From: Candidatus Krumholzibacteriia bacterium
GTDB taxonomy: Bacteria > Krumholzibacteriota > Krumholzibacteriia > Krumholzibacteriales > Krumholzibacteriaceae
Assembly: GCA_963836185.1 (NCBI GenBank)
Contig: CAWIIQ010000006.1
Coordinates: forward strand, 1-64,000
Length of the DNA: 64,000 nucleotides
Direction of reading: 5' to 3'
The notes under the pieces are model-generated. The model worked only from the letters and a program-made list of their open reading frames with translations, searched no databases and was not told where the DNA came from. The stretch's first letter is position 1, and each line of letters opens with the position of its first letter. Position numbers and translations under genes: made by a program. This document shows positions 49,086 to 60,006 of the stretch, piece after piece.

Positions 49086-49682
49086 CTACTCCGCCCGCGA
49101 GGGAAGGCTGTCGAGCAGCTGGGCGACGATCTCCTGGACCCTCTTCTGCCACAGACCGTCCACCTTCTGGGTCGCGGTCTGGGTCTGGGCCGTGCCGTAC
49201 CAGATGACCTGACCCTTGGAAGCGTCGTAGATAAAGAGCATCAGCGTGCCCTCATCCCAGCTTGACTTGCTGCTTCCACCGTCGGGAAGATCGGCGAAAT
49301 AATCGGGATGGTAGGTGCCCTTGAAATTCTCTTCGATATACTTCTTGTCTATCTTCTGAACGCTGACAAAGGCATTTACCACGAGGTCGGGACTCGTTTC
49401 CGTCTTCGCGTAACCCCTCGCGTACATCTCTTTCTGAATCGCCGTGCCGATGACATCACGGAATTCGGGGTCATCGAGGGCTTCCGTTCCAGTGGCGGAA
49501 GCTACAGAAGGTACCCATGTCCACGTCTTGTAATTGCTGAAATCGACGCCTTCCTCATGATGTGCGTCGACGGCGATCGGCGTCTCGTAGATCTTTTCCG
49601 TTGACGACATCTTTGTGGCGGAGCAGCCGCCGAGAAGGACTGCCGCAATGACTAAAAGTGAAACGAGTTTGCCCGTCCTCAT
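49086..49682 (-). CDS. DUF4136-like lipoprotein (second copy)
   Basis: Lipobox LGGC, VDFSNYKTW, ARGY...PDLVV and EGTLMLFIYD....VIWYG. Confidence 0.78.
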   Translation of the reverse strand: MRTGKLVSLLVIAAVLLGGCSATKMSSTEKIYETPIAVDAHHEEGVDFSNYKTWTWVPSVASATGTEALDDPEFRDVIGTAIQKEMYARGYAKTETSPDLVVNAFVSVQKIDKKYIEENFKGTYHPDYFADLPDGGSSKSSWDEGTLMLFIYDASKGQVIWYGTAQTQTATQKVDGLWQKRVQEIVAQLLDSLPSRAE

Positions 49683-49810
49683 CCAGATACCTCCGAAGTC
49701 ACATAGCATGATAAAAAGCCGGCAGTTAGAGCACCCACATGGACACGCCGCACCGGTAACGGTTACCCGCTCAATTTAAATGATTATCGATTCCGCGTCA
49801 ACGGCGCGAT

Positions 49811-50020
49811 TTATCCCTCGAACTTGAAGGAAACCTTCACTTTTGACCTGTACGCCTTGACCTTGCCGTCTTCGAGCTGCATGTCGAGGGTGATGATCTC
49901 AGCTATGCGGAGGTCGCGGAGCGATTTCCCGGCCCTGTTCACCGCGTTGGCGGCAGCCTTTTCCCATGACTCCGAACTCGTACCGACGAGTTCGATGACC
50001 TTGTAGACACTCTCTGACAT
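49811..50020 (-). CDS. Dodecin-family flavin-binding protein
   Basis: VYKVIELVGTSSESWEKAA..KSLR..YRSKVKVSFK. Confidence 0.9.
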   Translation of the reverse strand: MSESVYKVIELVGTSSESWEKAAANAVNRAGKSLRDLRIAEIITLDMQLEDGKVKAYRSKVKVSFKFEG

Positions 50021-50104
50021 AACGGTCCCCTTTCGTTTTTGTGGATTTGATGCCGGGACCATCATACTCCCGGCAGACCGCAGGGTCAATGAATATCCGG
50101 AGGA

Positions 50105-50858
50105 TCAGATTCGGCTGACGATGATGTCGATGTCTTTCGAGATCTCGAGGATCACGTCCCAGTTGAGGCTGAGATCGTGGGAGTGGGCGAGGTTGTTCCT
50201 GAGAGACTCAAATTCCTTCACCGCTTTCTGCGCCGACCTCTTCGATTCGAAACGCAGCTTCGAGAAAAGTTCAGGGTCCTTCAGGACGATATTCGCCTTG
50301 TCCGAGAGCTGGAGGCAGTCGATGAGGCGGACACCCTCGCCCCTCCTGCTTCTCTCGTGCTGGAGATGCTCGGCTCTCCTCAGCCTGTTTTTGGTCAAAA
50401 CATCCCGCCAGATGTCGTCAGGGTAGGCTTCTGTGATGATCCTCGAAAGGAACATCTCGATGATCGTGACCATCCCGAAGAGCCACATCCGCACAGGCGC
50501 CTTCTGGATATCCATCCTTCCGACGATGGCCCGGACCTCGCCGCCGACACGGACGAAGCAGTAAGGTGACTCGGCCAGGGCCTCGAACGCCGCGGGGAGT
50601 GAAGCCGTCTCCTCGAGGACCGGCATGTCGTCGAAAGGCCTCGCGGCCGATCCGCATTCTCCCCCGGAGATATCCTCCAGCCTCAGGTAACCCGAGATCC
50701 TGCCGTCCTCGATCACCCCGAGAAGGGGCAGCCTGGTCTTCTCGACTAACGTCAGGGCATCAGCACCCGGCTTGCACGATTCGATAACAGGCAGCGCTTC
50801 GACGATATCCATCACGGAGAAAGCCCTCCGTAAAGAGCTTCTTCATCCTCTGCTGCAT
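50105..50858 (-). CDS. CBS-like pair + Swt1/HEPN-like domain protein; apparent +1 frameshift at ~50821
   Basis: N-terminal CBS-like strands (GVIEDGRISGYL; VRAIVGRMDI) and C-terminal LRNNLAHS (RxxxxH). A corrected start would read MQQRMKKLFTEGFSVMDI. Confidence 0.6.
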
Positions 50859-50878
50859 CGAATGGTAGTTTTCCGGCA

Positions 50879-52352
50879 TCAGTGTTTCCTGCGCGGATTC
50901 GCGAAGTCAATCCTGGCCCACGGCATCAGCCACCGCTGGATCTCTTCTTTTTCCTTTGTCGGGAAGGCGAATCCGAGTATCAGCTTGATCTTGTTGTATT
51001 CCATCCTGGAGTCGAGCCCTTCAGGATTGATCACACCCTCCGACCCGTCATTCCCGGCATAATCCATCTGTAAGACTGAAATCCTCGCTTCCCCAGCTGT
51101 AACCGAGCCCGATCGTCCAGTCGATATCGATCGCCCTGAACGCGCTCCCCAGGGTGATGTGGTAGAGGTCCCAGCTGGTGATCATGGTGTTCACATCCTC
51201 CATCCATCCGGTCCTGTCTGTAGTGAATCCTCCGTACAGCGAGAAGCTGTCACGGAATTTGTAATCGAGCCCCAGGCCGAAATTGAGGACCTCCTTTATA
51301 CCCCCGATAACCACTGGCGACAGCGTATCGCCCGATGTCTGGGCACGGAAATCTTCAACCGGCATAATCTCGTAGGGATCCATCTTTCCGAAGTATTCGG
51401 CGCTGAAATGTATCGTCATCGTCTTGTAACCGTAAGAGGTCCCGACAGAGATGGAGAAAGGTGACTTGTACGTGGTTGAGAGGTCCTCCTGAAAATTGCT
51501 CGCGAGATAGGAATCGGGGGTACCGTTATCATCCAGATCGAAATTCACGACTGAATCGTTGTAATAATTCGACCCGCTGCCGAACAGGCTGATGCTCGGC
51601 AGGGTGAGGGCCACTCCGAATGCCAGCGGCCTGTAGTCGAATGAAGCGCCTGTTTTAAGGAGCGCTCTCGCGTTCCAGTATCTGTATTCCCTGACGAACG
51701 ATGCCGATCCACCGGGGCCATCCAGCTGCGCTCCATCCAGGTAGGTCTGAAATCTCATCCTCTGGCTTCGGTAGGCGCCGTACAAAGTGGCTCCGAGCGC
51801 CATCCTGCCGGTGAGCACCTTCGCCCAGCTCACTCCGACCCAGGTGTCATTGAGATTTTCATAGAACCGGAACTCGCTTGAGAAACTCGCTTCCCCTCCC
51901 ACCCATCCCGGATCCCACCATGAATTAACGTGATTATCCGACAATTCGAGCTCGAATTGAGCCCGCGTCAGGTAAGACAGGGCGATCTGGTTCGCTCCCG
52001 GTACATCGAACGGGAACCTCATCGCGAACATGCCGGGGGCCTTGACCGCCCTTGTGTCAGAAAGATAACTTTCATCGCTGTTCTCGACCTTCAGGGTCAT
52101 GTTCGATACTTCGAATGCGTCCATCGTGAGCAGCAGGCCCTGGTCCAGCGAAAAGGCAACCGCTCCCGGATTGTAAAAGGTCGAGCTGAGGTCCTTTATA
52201 CTTCCCACGACCATGCCGCCGAGGAGCTCCGCCCTGGTCCCGTACTGATACGTCCAGTAGTTCGCGTCCTGGGCGTACAGGTGTGGGGATAGAAGAAGCA
52301 GTGAAAATACCAGCAGCAGCTTATAGAAGAACCTTGAATCGCAGCATTTCAT
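50879..52352 (-). CDS. FadL-like outer-membrane beta-barrel; apparent +1 frameshift at ~51070
   Basis: Signal peptide, LLGG..STFYNPGA hatch-like motif and amphipathic strands. Last strand KLILGFAF is in the next frame. Confidence 0.65.
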
Positions 52353-52503
52353 ATCTCATCTCCAGTTGCTGAGTCAATATCGCTCTTGTACCATACTGGC
52401 ACCTGGAGTTCTATAAAAATCAGGTTTTCCTGTTGGTCAGCAGGGATCCCATGGATGGCTCTGCAGGTCAATTGGCAGGATTTTTGATATTATCCTGAAA
52501 GAC

Positions 52504-52971
52504 TCAATGCCCTTCGCCGCTGATCATGCCTTCGGCATGTATAAGCAGAGGCGCGAGCAGCCTGGCGCAGAAAGAGGCTCCGCGCACCGAACCGGGGATG
52601 TTCACTACAAGCGTACTTCCCTTCATCCCGGCATATCCCCTCGACAGGGCGGCATTGCGGGTCTCCTTGAGTGATTCGGCCCTGAGCATCTCGGATATTC
52701 CAGGGACACAGCGGTCGCAGAAACGCTCGGTCACTTCGGGAGTGATATCCCTCGGTCCGAGGCCGGTCCCCCCGGTCGTGATAATGGCTGCGCCGCCGAG
52801 GCCCGATTCGAGGGCACCGGCGATACTGTCTTCTTCGTCAGGGACGACGACCACCTCGACATCAGCGCCTTCGATCGAAGCTTCAAGTATCTCTTTCACT
52901 GCCGGTCCGGAGAGATCCTCGTACTCTCCCCGGGAGGCCCTGTCAGATATCGTAACTACCAGTATCTTCAT
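52504..52971 (-). CDS. mogA: Molybdopterin adenylyltransferase MogA/MoaB
   Basis: TISDRASRGEYEDLSGP, TTGGTGLGPRDITPE, LSRG and NIPGS. Confidence 0.88.
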   Translation of the reverse strand: MKILVVTISDRASRGEYEDLSGPAVKEILEASIEGADVEVVVVPDEEDSIAGALESGLGGAAIITTGGTGLGPRDITPEVTERFCDRCVPGISEMLRAESLKETRNAALSRGYAGMKGSTLVVNIPGSVRGASFCARLLAPLLIHAEGMISGEGH

Positions 52972-53383
52972 CGGTGACCTCACCACCCCTGACGACCACG
53001 GCGAAGACGCCCCTGCGCGGCATCACGCAGTCGCCGGTCTTCTCCCTTATGGCGCACCCGCTGTGGCATTCCTTCCCTATCTGGGATATCTCGAGAACCA
53101 CCTCGCCTATCGCAAGCCTTGTCCCGAGCGGCAGAGAGGCGAGGTCTATCCCTCTTGTAGTGATGTTCTCGGCGAAGTCCCCGGGAACGATCGTATCAAG
53201 CTTTTCCCGCATCGTCTCTATATCCTCGTCGGCCAGAAGCGATACCTGCCTCTTTCCCGGGCCCGCGTGCGCGTCTCCCTCGATCCCCCGGCCTGTGACG
53301 AATACAAGACGGGGCACGGGGCTCTTGGCCATCCCCTTTTCCTTCGAAATATTGAGTGAGAGTATCTCGAAGCTCCCGATCAT
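52943..53383 (-). CDS. MOSC-domain protein
   Basis: NISKEKG, GIEGDAHAG, RQVSLL, GDFAENI and QIGKECH.GC.I....GDCVMP. Confidence 0.9.
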   Translation of the reverse strand: MIGSFEILSLNISKEKGMAKSPVPRLVFVTGRGIEGDAHAGPGKRQVSLLADEDIETMREKLDTIVPGDFAENITTRGIDLASLPLGTRLAIGEVVLEISQIGKECHSGCAIREKTGDCVMPRRGVFAVVVRGGEVTDEDTGSYDI

Positions 53384-53832
53384 ACTTCTTCCTTCATCTT
53401 CGACTTAAGCGTTATCTTTTCTATTGTCATACCCTTGTCGACTGCCTTGCACATGTCGTATAGGGCCAGCGCGGTGACCGACACAGCTGTCAGAGCCTCC
53501 ATTTCGACGCCGGTCCGCGCAGTGCTCGTAACTGTCGCCACTATCTCGACTGAGTCTTCATTCAATTCGAGTTCTACCGAGATGTCGTCGATCGGCAACG
53601 GGTGACAGAGAGGGATCAGGTCACTCGTCCTCTTCGCCCCCATTATACCCGCGATCTTCGCCGTCGCCAGGGCGTCGCCCTTCTTGAGGAGCCCGCCGCG
53701 CAGTTTCGCTACGGTATCCGCGGCCATTCTGACAGCACCTGAAGCAACAGCCGTGCGTTTCGAGACAGGTTTGCCCGAGACATCCACCATCTTCACCTTC
53801 CCCTTGCCGTCTATATGCGAGAAATCGTTCAC
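53380..53832 (-). CDS. moaC: Cyclic pyranopterin monophosphate synthase
   Basis: MVDVS.K, LIPLCHP, TGVEMEAL and YDMCKAVD. GTG start with GGAGG RBS. Confidence 0.95.
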   Translation of the reverse strand: MNDFSHIDGKGKVKMVDVSGKPVSKRTAVASGAVRMAADTVAKLRGGLLKKGDALATAKIAGIMGAKRTSDLIPLCHPLPIDDISVELELNEDSVEIVATVTSTARTGVEMEALTAVSVTALALYDMCKAVDKGMTIEKITLKSKMKEEV

Positions 53833-53877
53833 CCTGATAACCTCCGGTCTGCAGCTGGATAATCGCCTGAGGAACTG

Positions 53878-53970
53878 AATATACTCCTTTTTAATGATCT
53901 CTACAAGTACCCCGGTGTGCTTGCCCGGCAACCCGACACCCTTGTATGTAATATGAATTTCCTTTACAAT
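53878..53970. promoter_or_regulatory. Divergent sigma70-like promoter pair
   Basis: Minus strand: TTGTAG(53906)-17-TATATT(53878), toward moaC. Plus strand: TTGTAT(53942)-17-TACAAT(53970), toward the carbamoyltransferase. Confidence 0.5.
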
Positions 53971-53976
53971 TAACAG

Positions 53977-55843
53977 ATGAAAAAGATTCTCGGTATTTCT
54001 GCGTTCTATCACGATTCGGCGGCGGCGATCCTGGTCGACGGCGAAATAATAGCCGCCGCACAGGAAGAGAGATTCACAAGGAAAAAACATACGCCCGATT
54101 TCCCGGTAAATGCCGTCAGGTATTGCCTCGAATATTCCGGATACAGCATCGATGAACTCGACGCTATTGTCTTTTACGACAAGCCCCTCCTGAAATTCGA
54201 AAGGCTCCTGGAAACGTATTACGCTTTCGCGCCGAGAGGACTTCGGCAGTTTCTCACCGCGATGCCCGTCTGGCTCAAGGAGAAGATGTTCTCCAAGAAG
54301 CTGATCTATGACGGCCTCGCGCAGGCTCAGGAATACAAGAAAAAGAGACTGAATCTTCTTTTCCCCGAGCATCACCTGTCGCACGCAGCCAGCGCCTTTT
54401 ATCCGTCACCTTTTGAGGAGTCGGCGATCCTGACTATCGACGGCGTCGGGGAATGGGCGACAGCTTCCATCTGTCATGGCAGGGGCAGCGATATCTCCAT
54501 GATCAAGGAGATGAAATTCCCCCATTCAGTCGGGCTTCTCTACTCCGCTTTCACATACTATCTCGGATTCAGGGTCAATTCCGGTGAATATAAACTGATG
54601 GGACTGGCCCCCTATGGGAATCCCGAATCGGAGCAGACCAGGGATTTTATCCGCCTGATCAGGGAAAATCTCGTTTCGATAAAGGATGACGGATCGATCT
54701 GGCTGAACCAGGATTACTTCGCCTATGCTACCGGGCTCAGGATGATCAAAGAGAAGAAATGGGAAAAGCTGTTTGGATTCCCCGCCCTCAAGCCCGAGGA
54801 CACGATCGAACAGAAGTACTGCAACCTCGCCTACGCGATCCAGCACATCACGGAAGAGATAGTATTCAAGATGGCCGAAGAGGCCAGAAGGCTGACCGGT
54901 TCGGACTATCTGTGCATGGCGGGCGGTGTAGCGCTTAACTGTGTCGCCAACGGCAAACTGGTCAGGGAAAATATATTTAAGGATATTTTCATACAGCCGG
55001 CGGCCGGGGATGCCGGTGGTGCGCTGGGCGCGGCCCAGTCGGTCCATTACATGTACTACGGGAATGAACGTAAAGTCACCAGCGGCAGCGATACCATGAA
55101 GGGCTCGCTGCTGGGCCCGGATTTTTCAGACAAGGAAGCGGTACTCGCATTTAAAAAACATAAGGCCGCGTACACGAGGGTCGATGATTTCGGCGAACTG
55201 TGCGAGGAAGTGGCCAGCCTTATCGACAAGGGAGATGTTGTCGGATGGTTCCAGGGCAGGATGGAATACGGCCCGAGGGCGCTGGGAAACCGCAGCATCC
55301 TGGGTGACGCGAGAAACGTCGACATGCAGAGAAAACTCAACCTGAAGATTAAAGTACAGGGAAAGCTTCCGTCCCTTCGCCCCCTCGGTACTCATCGAGA
55401 GTTCAGGGGATTTTTTCGATCTCCCTGTAGCTTCGCCGTATATGCTGCTCATAGGTTACGTCAATGAAGAGAGAAGAAAGCCGGTTCCCGGCAATTACCA
55501 TGAACTGGATCTGTGGGAAAGGCTCTATTTCGAAAGAAGCGACGTGCAGTCGATAACACACCTCGATTTCTCGGCGCGTGTGCAGACCGTTCACAGAGAG
55601 ACAAACCCGAGATACTGGCAGTTGATCGACACCTTCAGAAAAAAAACGGGGTACGGTGTCATCGTAAATACCAGTTTCAACGTAAGAGGCGAACCGATCG
55701 TCTGCACCCCGGAAGATGCGTACAAATGCTTCATGCGCACCGAAATGGACTATCTGGTAATAAACGATTTCCTTCTCAGGAAGACCGATCAGCCGGACTG
55801 GGAAAACAGGGAAAAGTGGATGGAAAGATTCGAGCTGGATTAA
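53977..55843 (+). CDS. O-carbamoyltransferase, NodU/CmcH/SxtI family; apparent +1 frameshift at ~55354
   Basis: GISAFYHDSAA, EERFTRKKH, HHLSHAASAF, DGVGE, EYKLMGLAPYG, GGVALN, GPRALGNRS, (Y)RESFRPFAP and NTSFNVRGEP. Confidence 0.93.
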
Positions 55844-55860
55844 AGCGGAGCGATCATCAG

Positions 55861-56947
55861 ATGAAAACCCTGAAGAATATATTCCTGATCTCGCTGCCCG
55901 CGGTATTTATCCTGCTTCTGCTGCTCGAACTTTTCTTTCGTGTCGTGATCCCCGCGACAGATCCGCCTATGGGATTTTTCAACGAAGAAGAACGGATGTA
56001 TTATTTCAGCAACCAGAGAGAAGAAGGGCAGATAACCATAGGCAGATTCGCCCAGATAAAGGCTAGATGGCATATAAATAACGAGCATTGGAATTATCCG
56101 ATAGACTTCGCTCAAGTCATTGATCGGCCCCTGATAGCTGTCATCGGAGATTCATACATCGAGGCGTTCCAGGTAGATGCGGACGAGAAATACCCGTTTC
56201 TGCTGAGAAACAGACTCGAGCCGGATTACGAAGTATATGCATTCGGGAAATCAGGAGCACCGTTATCGCACTATCTGCATGTGAGCAGATATGTGGACAG
56301 GCATTTCGACCCTGACATCCTCATCTTCAACATGGTTCACAACGATTTCGAGGAAAGTATCTACGAACTCTATCCCGCCAAGACATGCTTCATGCAGATA
56401 TCGACAGGTGAGGACGGGTCATTTACCGAGACGGTGCCGCGCCCCAATCATGCATTACCCTCAATACACAGCCTGGAAAAGGATCGTCTACAGGAGCGCG
56501 CTGTTTCGCTATCTGGATTTCAACCTCAATCTGCGTGCCATCAGGCGTAACGTCGCTGGAATCGACGACAGGACTTTTGAAGCTAATGTTGCCGCCGACA
56601 ATGTGATGAAAAACAGGGACCGGATAATCGAAGTCACGGACTATCTGGTCGGAGCCATCCGCGAGGAAAACATGGACCGAAGGATCCTCTTTGTCTTCGA
56701 TGCTCCGAAAGGGGAAGTCTACAAAGGCACCGTGGATGAAAGCAGGGTGCTGTGGCTCAATGAGATGATGAAAGAGATCTGCCGCGCGCACGATGTCGAA
56801 TTCCTCGACCTGACCCCCCTTATGGTGGAGGACTACAGAGCCAACGGGAGGAAGTTCAGTTCCGATCTGGACGGGCACTGGGACGAGTACGGTCATGGAT
56901 TCGTCGCGAACGCGGTATATGAATATCTGAACAGCAGCTATCAGTGA
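55861..56947 (+). CDS. Membrane-anchored SGNH/GDSL-fold protein; apparent +1 frameshift at ~56459
   Basis: N-terminal TM ..LLELFFR, IGDSYIE, HNDF and DGHWDEYGH. Confidence 0.75.
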
Positions 56948-56963
56948 ACCAGCGGGAGGTAAC

Positions 56964-57113
56964 ATGGAAATATTGAAAGACCTCTGGCTCTTCATCAAAG
57001 AACGCAAGAAGTTCTGGCTGGCGCCCATCATATTGATACTGTTATTGCTGGGCCTGCTGATAGTCTTCGGAGCTGGAAGCGCTGTTGCGCCCTTTATCTA
57101 CACACTGTTCTAG
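56964..57113 (+). CDS. DUF5989/SxtK-like 49-aa membrane protein (absent from the ORF track)
   Basis: Translates as MEILKDLWLFIKERKKFWLAPIILILLLLGLLIVFGAGSAVAPFIYTLF. GGAGGT RBS. Confidence 0.88.
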   Translation: MEILKDLWLFIKERKKFWLAPIILILLLLGLLIVFGAGSAVAPFIYTLF

Positions 57114-57130
57114 AGAGACGGGATCACGGG

Positions 57131-57490
57131 ATGAAAAAAGACACTTCGAAATCAACGATGCTGATAATCTCGATGGGCTTCCTGGCCATTTACCTGATCA
57201 AAGACTGGCGCTGGGCCGTTATCGTCTCGCTCTCGGCCGGGATCATCGGAATAGTATCACCGTTTCTCAGCAGGAAGATCGAGTGGGCATGGATGAAGCT
57301 GGGAAAACTGCTAGGCTATATCGTCCCCAACATCCTGATGAGCCTGGTCTTCTACCTGGTCCTCTTCCCCGTGTCACTGCTTTCGAAGATCTTCAGGAAG
57401 GATCCTCTGATGCTCTCGAAGGATCATGAGACATACTTCGTTGATGTGGAGAAAAAGACTGACAGAGCAGATTTCGAAAAGATCTGGTAG
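57131..57490 (+). CDS. SxtJ-family membrane protein
   Basis: WMKLGKLLG...ILMSLVFYLVLFPVSLL....KDPL, in its typical carbamoyltransferase context. Confidence 0.8.
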   Translation: MKKDTSKSTMLIISMGFLAIYLIKDWRWAVIVSLSAGIIGIVSPFLSRKIEWAWMKLGKLLGYIVPNILMSLVFYLVLFPVSLLSKIFRKDPLMLSKDHETYFVDVEKKTDRADFEKIW

Positions 57491-57495
57491 CCGCG

Positions 57496-58311
57496 TCAGC
57501 CTCCGATCTGCCTCATCGTCCGGCCGGTGCATGACGTGCCTTCTACCGGCTTGGCCTCGACCGCTTTCCTTATACTTCCCTCGATATCCTCGAAATCGAC
57601 CTTTATCTCGACATTGGAAAAGAGGCAGGGCTTAAGGAATCCGTCGGATGTCAGTCTCAGCCGGTTGCACTTTTCGCACGGAAGGGGCCTGTCCATATCG
57701 TGCGGCGATTCGGTATCGCAAGTCCGCTTCGAAAGAGAGAACCTGTTTATCGTCTGAAGGACCAGGCCCTCTCGCGCGCAGAACGACCGCATCATATCGA
57801 TGTCCTCGCTCGCGCCTGGCGGTGAAACCACCATATTCACCTTAGTCCCGGTAAATCCCGCAGCCTGCGAGGCGGATATTCCCCGGAGGACATCATCGAC
57901 ATCGCCGCCGCGGGTAAGCTCCCGGTACCTGACAGGATCAAGTGTGTCGAGCGATATATTCAGCCTGTCGAGCCCCGCCTCCTTCAATCCGGCGGCAACG
58001 CTTTCTGTCAGCAATATCCCGTTCGTTGTCATCGAGATCTCTTCGAGACCGTCGATCTCCCTTAGTATCCGCACAAGTCCGGCTGCTCCCTTTCTCACGA
58101 GAGGCTCTCCTCCCGTCAGCCTTACCTTGCCGATTCCCAGCCGTACGGCGCCGCTCACGATCTCCGCTATCTCCTCGTAGGAAAGCATTTCCCCATGGCT
58201 CTTGAGCTCCACGCCCTCGGGAGGCATGCAGTACTCGCACCTGAGATTGCACCTGTCGGTCACCGATACCCTCAGGTAGTTGATCTTTCTTCCAGATTTA
58301 TCCTGCAGCAT
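57496..58311 (-). CDS. moaA: GTP 3',8-cyclase (short form, 271 aa)
   Basis: YLRVSVTDRCNLRCEYC, RLTGGEP, CEKCNRLRLT..G..KPCL and C-terminal MRQIGG. Confidence 0.92.
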   Translation of the reverse strand: MLQDKSGRKINYLRVSVTDRCNLRCEYCMPPEGVELKSHGEMLSYEEIAEIVSGAVRLGIGKVRLTGGEPLVRKGAAGLVRILREIDGLEEISMTTNGILLTESVAAGLKEAGLDRLNISLDTLDPVRYRELTRGGDVDDVLRGISASQAAGFTGTKVNMVVSPPGASEDIDMMRSFCAREGLVLQTINRFSLSKRTCDTESPHDMDRPLPCEKCNRLRLTSDGFLKPCLFSNVEIKVDFEDIEGSIRKAVEAKPVEGTSCTGRTMRQIGG

Positions 58312-58313
58312 CT

Positions 58314-59556
58314 CTACTTTCCCTGCGAGAGTCGCGGCGGGCCGGGGACGATCACCCTGACATCCTCTCCCTCCACGATCGATTCTGTTCCAGCCGGTAT
58401 TTGGAGAATTCCATCCGCCTTCGTGCAGGCGTGTATGTGAGCCGAGCCGTGATAGTCGAGGAGCCGGGCCCGACCGTCAGGAGTGATCCGTACCGGCACA
58501 TGAGCCGTCCGCTCCGCGCTCTTTCTCGTAAATTCTTCTTCGAGACGCGCCGTGATCTCGAAAGGTCTGTAGTCATGTCCCATCAAACTGAAGCAGAACG
58601 GCTTGACGATGATCTCGAAGAGCACAAATACGGAGACCGGATTTCCGGGCAGGCCGAAGACCCACGAACCTTCGCGCCTGCCGAAGAGCAGGGGCCGGCC
58701 CGGCTTGATCGCAGCTCCATGGACCAGCAGTTCGAACCCGGACTCCTCGAGCCCGCCGGGGACGAAATCGTAGTCACCCATCGACACGCCGCCGCTGAAT
58801 ATGAATACATCGATCCGATCAGAAGCCTGTTCTATCAATCCGGGGACCGCGCCGGGCTGATCCGGCACTATACCGAGATACTCGGCGGGCAGGCCCGCCT
58901 CCGATGCCTGCGCGATAAGCTGCGGGCCGTTCGAGTTACGAATCATGCCTGGGCCGACAGGCTCTCCCGGCTCGGCCAGTTCGTCGCCTGTGACAGCGAT
59001 CCCGAGGACCGGCCTGACGGACGACCGGAACGGCCGCTCCGCCTGCAGCGGCAAGCACGGCTATCTCCGGCGGCCGGATCAGGGATCCCTTCGTGAGGAT
59101 CCTGTCACCTGCGCGGACATCCTCACCGAGGAGGCATATGTTGCTCCTGCCGCTTCGGCGCGTGACCCTGACGATGCCGCCCTCCTCCACCGTATCCTCG
59201 ACCATGACGACAGTATCGGCGCCGTGAGGCACCGCGGCGCCTGTCATGATCCTCGCGCACTCACCCTCGCCTATCTCTTTTTGAGGCATGCTGCCGGCGG
59301 CAATCGTTTCGACGATCTTCAGGGGATGTCCGAGATCGACGCTCCTGCACGCGAATCCGTCCATAGCCGATTTGTCGAATGGGGGCATATCGATATCGGA
59401 CACGATATCGGCGGCAAGCACCCTGCCGGACGCGTCCGCCAGCCCGACTTCTTCGCTGCCGAGTGGACGTGCCGAGCCGAGGATAACATCCATCACATCG
59501 CCGAAAGGCATCAGTTCCCTTCGGCCGAAATCTTTCTTTCTATTGTCCATCTTCAT
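58314..59556 (-). CDS. moeA: Molybdopterin molybdo/tungstotransferase; apparent +1 frameshift at ~59023
   Basis: PPFDKSAMDGFA, IMTGA, TGDEL, SGGVSMGDYD, IKPGRP and GLPGNPVS. Confidence 0.92.
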
Positions 59557-59996
59557 CGTCCATTCACGTTTTCGCCGGCCTCACAGGCCAGCCTTGCGAT
59601 CTTCCCTGCAGTTGCGTTATCGATCCCCAGCCTGTCCGCGACCAGTCTCACCGTGTCATCCCCGCATTCACATCCTCGAATCAGATCCGCCCTCTTTTCG
59701 GCCAGCGCGGCGGAAGGCTTCGGACCTTCGGCCGGCAGATAGATAGCGAGATCGGGATCTATCTCCTCGAGGATACGGTTGCTCTCGATGATCAGAAAAT
59801 CCGCTCGCGGATTTTCCTCTTTGATCCGGTCATATGAAGTCCCCGCATGATAGAAAACGTTATCTACGCCCTCTTTTTTCTCTCCGTGTCCCAGCTTGAC
59901 GCGGACGCTTCCGGGGAGCAGTCCGCTCACCTTCTCCGCGAGAGTGGTCTTGCCGACATTCGACTTCGCGCCTGATATTACGATCGTCTTCACCAA
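59553..59996 (-). CDS. Small P-loop protein, MobB-like
   Basis: VISGAKSNVGKTT, VKLGH and IIESN, within a Moco operon. Confidence 0.65.
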   Translation of the reverse strand: MVKTIVISGAKSNVGKTTLAEKVSGLLPGSVRVKLGHGEKKEGVDNVFYHAGTSYDRIKEENPRADFLIIESNRILEEIDPDLAIYLPAEGPKPSAALAEKRADLIRGCECGDDTVRLVADRLGIDNATAGKIARLACEAGENVNGR

Positions 59997-60006
59997 TGAC
60001 CTGGCC

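Noticed and set aside
53833-54384. N-terminal extension of MoaC in the ORF track (similarly 33355-33561 for ParA and 27077-27181 for ClpB)
   Set aside because: The extensions overlap promoters or opposite-strand genes, and good RBS/start pairs exist downstream.
53977-57490. Saxitoxin biosynthesis
   Set aside because: Only sxtI/J/K-like and SGNH genes are present, with no sxtA, sxtG or sxtB. The cassette is widespread outside toxin producers.
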